This document shows, one piece after another, positions 52,374 to 53,582 of a stretch of 53,582 nt of DNA. Origin of the DNA: Prevotella sp. Its GTDB lineage: Bacteria; Bacteroidota; Bacteroidia; Bacteroidales; Dysgonomonadaceae. A program made the translations under genes and the position numbers. Under the pieces are notes generated by a model, which saw only the letters and a list, made by a program, of their open reading frames with translations, had not been told where the DNA came from and made no database searches. The stretch lies in the NCBI GenBank assembly GCA_031285625.1, contig JAITVV010000057.1:1-53582 (forward strand), in the 5' to 3' direction. Positions within the stretch are counted from its first letter, which is position 1. Each line of letters starts with the position of its first letter.

Positions 52374-53267
52374 ATGCCTAGAATAAATCTCAGAGGGATG
52401 GGGGTTGCTATGATAACTCCTTTTAAAGATGATGAGAGTGTCGATTATGATGCCCTTATGAAGCTTGTAGATTATCAATTGCAAAATGGTACAGATTATC
52501 TGGTAGTATTGGGTACTACAGCGGAGACTCCTACTCTGACTGAAGATGAGAAGGGCCAGATTGTAGAATTGGTAGTAAATAAGGTGAATGGTCGGATCCC
52601 TGTTATCTTAGGCGAAGGAGGGAATAATACACGTGCAATTGTAGATAAGCTGAAAAAGAATGACTATAGAGGAATTGACGGTATACTATCTGTAGTTCCA
52701 TACTATAACAAACCATCTCAGGAAGGTATTTATCAGCATTATAAGGCTATATCGGAGGCTTCATCGCTTCCTATTATCTCATACAATGTTCCTGGTCGTA
52801 CAGGTGTGAATATGACAGCTGATACAACACTGCGGATAGCTAATGATTTTCCTAATATAGTTGCTGTTAAAGAGGCCTCGGGAAATATGACTCAGATGGA
52901 TGAAATTATCAAACGTAAACCTGAGCATTTTGATGTTATCTCTGGCGATGACGGAGTTACTTTCCCACTGATAACACTTGGTGCTATTGGTGTTATTTCA
53001 GTTATAGGCAATGCTTTCCCTAAAGAGTTCAGCCGGATGACCCGTTTAGCTCTGGAAGGTGATTATCGCAGTGCTCTGACTATTCATCATAGCTTCAATG
53101 AGTTGTTTAACTTATTGTTTGTAGATGGCAACCCGGCAGGGGTAAAGTGTATGCTGAATATGATGGGGTATATTGAAAATAAGCTCCGTTTACCATTAGT
53201 GCCTACCCGTATAACTACATATGAGCAAATCAGAAATGTACTGATAGATCTAAATATTAAATGTTAA
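52374..53267 (+). CDS. dapA: 4-hydroxy-tetrahydrodipicolinate synthase
   Basis: Motifs GTTAE, PYYNKP, YNVPGRTG and KEASG. Confidence 0.97.
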   Translation: MPRINLRGMGVAMITPFKDDESVDYDALMKLVDYQLQNGTDYLVVLGTTAETPTLTEDEKGQIVELVVNKVNGRIPVILGEGGNNTRAIVDKLKKNDYRGIDGILSVVPYYNKPSQEGIYQHYKAISEASSLPIISYNVPGRTGVNMTADTTLRIANDFPNIVAVKEASGNMTQMDEIIKRKPEHFDVISGDDGVTFPLITLGAIGVISVIGNAFPKEFSRMTRLALEGDYRSALTIHHSFNELFNLLFVDGNPAGVKCMLNMMGYIENKLRLPLVPTRITTYEQIRNVLIDLNIKC

Positions 53268-53283
53268 TAAGAATTATAGGATA

Positions 53284-53315
53284 AAAAAGCAGTAAACTTA
53301 AGTTTACTGCTTTTT
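53284..53315. terminator. Bidirectional terminator (perfect 32-bp palindrome)
   Basis: AAAAAGCAGTAAACTTAAGTTTACTGCTTTTT between convergent genes. Confidence 0.85.
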
Positions 53316-53352
53316 ATATTATTGTAACTATCCTAATATAAGTATATTAATA

Positions 53353-53580
53353 CTATCTTAACTCCTTAGAGAATGAATATGGCGTATCATTAATATTTAT
53401 TCCTTTATTTTTATTCGGATTTGGCGCCATCAGATAGTTAATTGTTGCCCCCTTTAGCAGTGCATCGTGAGTCAGGTAGTTTTTAGTATAAGGCTGTCCG
53501 TTCACCGTCATACCGTTCACATACCTGTTTTCCTTACTGTTGTTCCCTGCTTTGATGGTTACCTTCTTTCCGTTTTCCAG
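53353..53580 (-). CDS. GH92 alpha-mannosidase, C-terminal fragment (5' end outside window)
   Basis: Minus strand reads LENGKKVTIKAGNNSKENRYVNGMTVNGQPYTKNYLTHDALLKGATINYLMAPNPNK...PYSFSKELR*, typical of a GH92 C-terminus. Confidence 0.8.
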   Translation of the reverse strand: MENGKKVTIKAGNNSKENRYVNGMTVNGQPYTKNYLTHDALLKGATINYLMAPNPNKNKGININDTPYSFSKELR

Positions 53581-53582
53581 GT

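Overview
AT-rich Bacteroidales chromosome segment. Gene content, TAnnTTTG promoter motifs and a ligA-galK-(hypothetical)-dapA block suggest a Dysgonomonas-like organism (inference). In order: the 3' end of tkt; an L-arabinose locus (GH127/GH146-type beta-L-arabinofuranosidase, NrtR-family AraR with three palindromic operators, araD-araA-araB, SSS symporter); a mixed region (yebC, transglutaminase-like protein, M48 peptidase, secreted unknowns, cinA, orphan SMI1/KNR4 protein, OM beta-barrel, rnpA-yidD); an AraC-linked beta-mannan locus (GH5, GH130, GPH transporter, 2-epimerase, GH3, GH26, no SusC/D); a methylmalonyl-CoA mutase operon; a DUF6080-like/UbiA-PRT/HAD operon; a GldF-GldG fusion; mscL, M48, ligA, galK, dapA; and the 3' end of a GH92 gene. 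No rRNA, tRNA, CRISPR array, integrase or transposase was seen. Four signals stand out. (1) A UBIAD1-like prenyltransferase plus CPBP protease gene pair sits between mutA and mutB, a candidate quinone/vitamin K salvage module. (2) A three-gene polyprenyl-phospho-ribose/GT-C-like glycosylation operon lacks the DprE epimerase genes. (3) A dispersed non-coding element built from TGTYACYTT nonamers has fixed 20-bp geometry and resembles an iteron array. (4) Three secreted-protein genes share an ECF-sigma promoter motif. All family assignments come from motif recognition by eye; no database searches were run.
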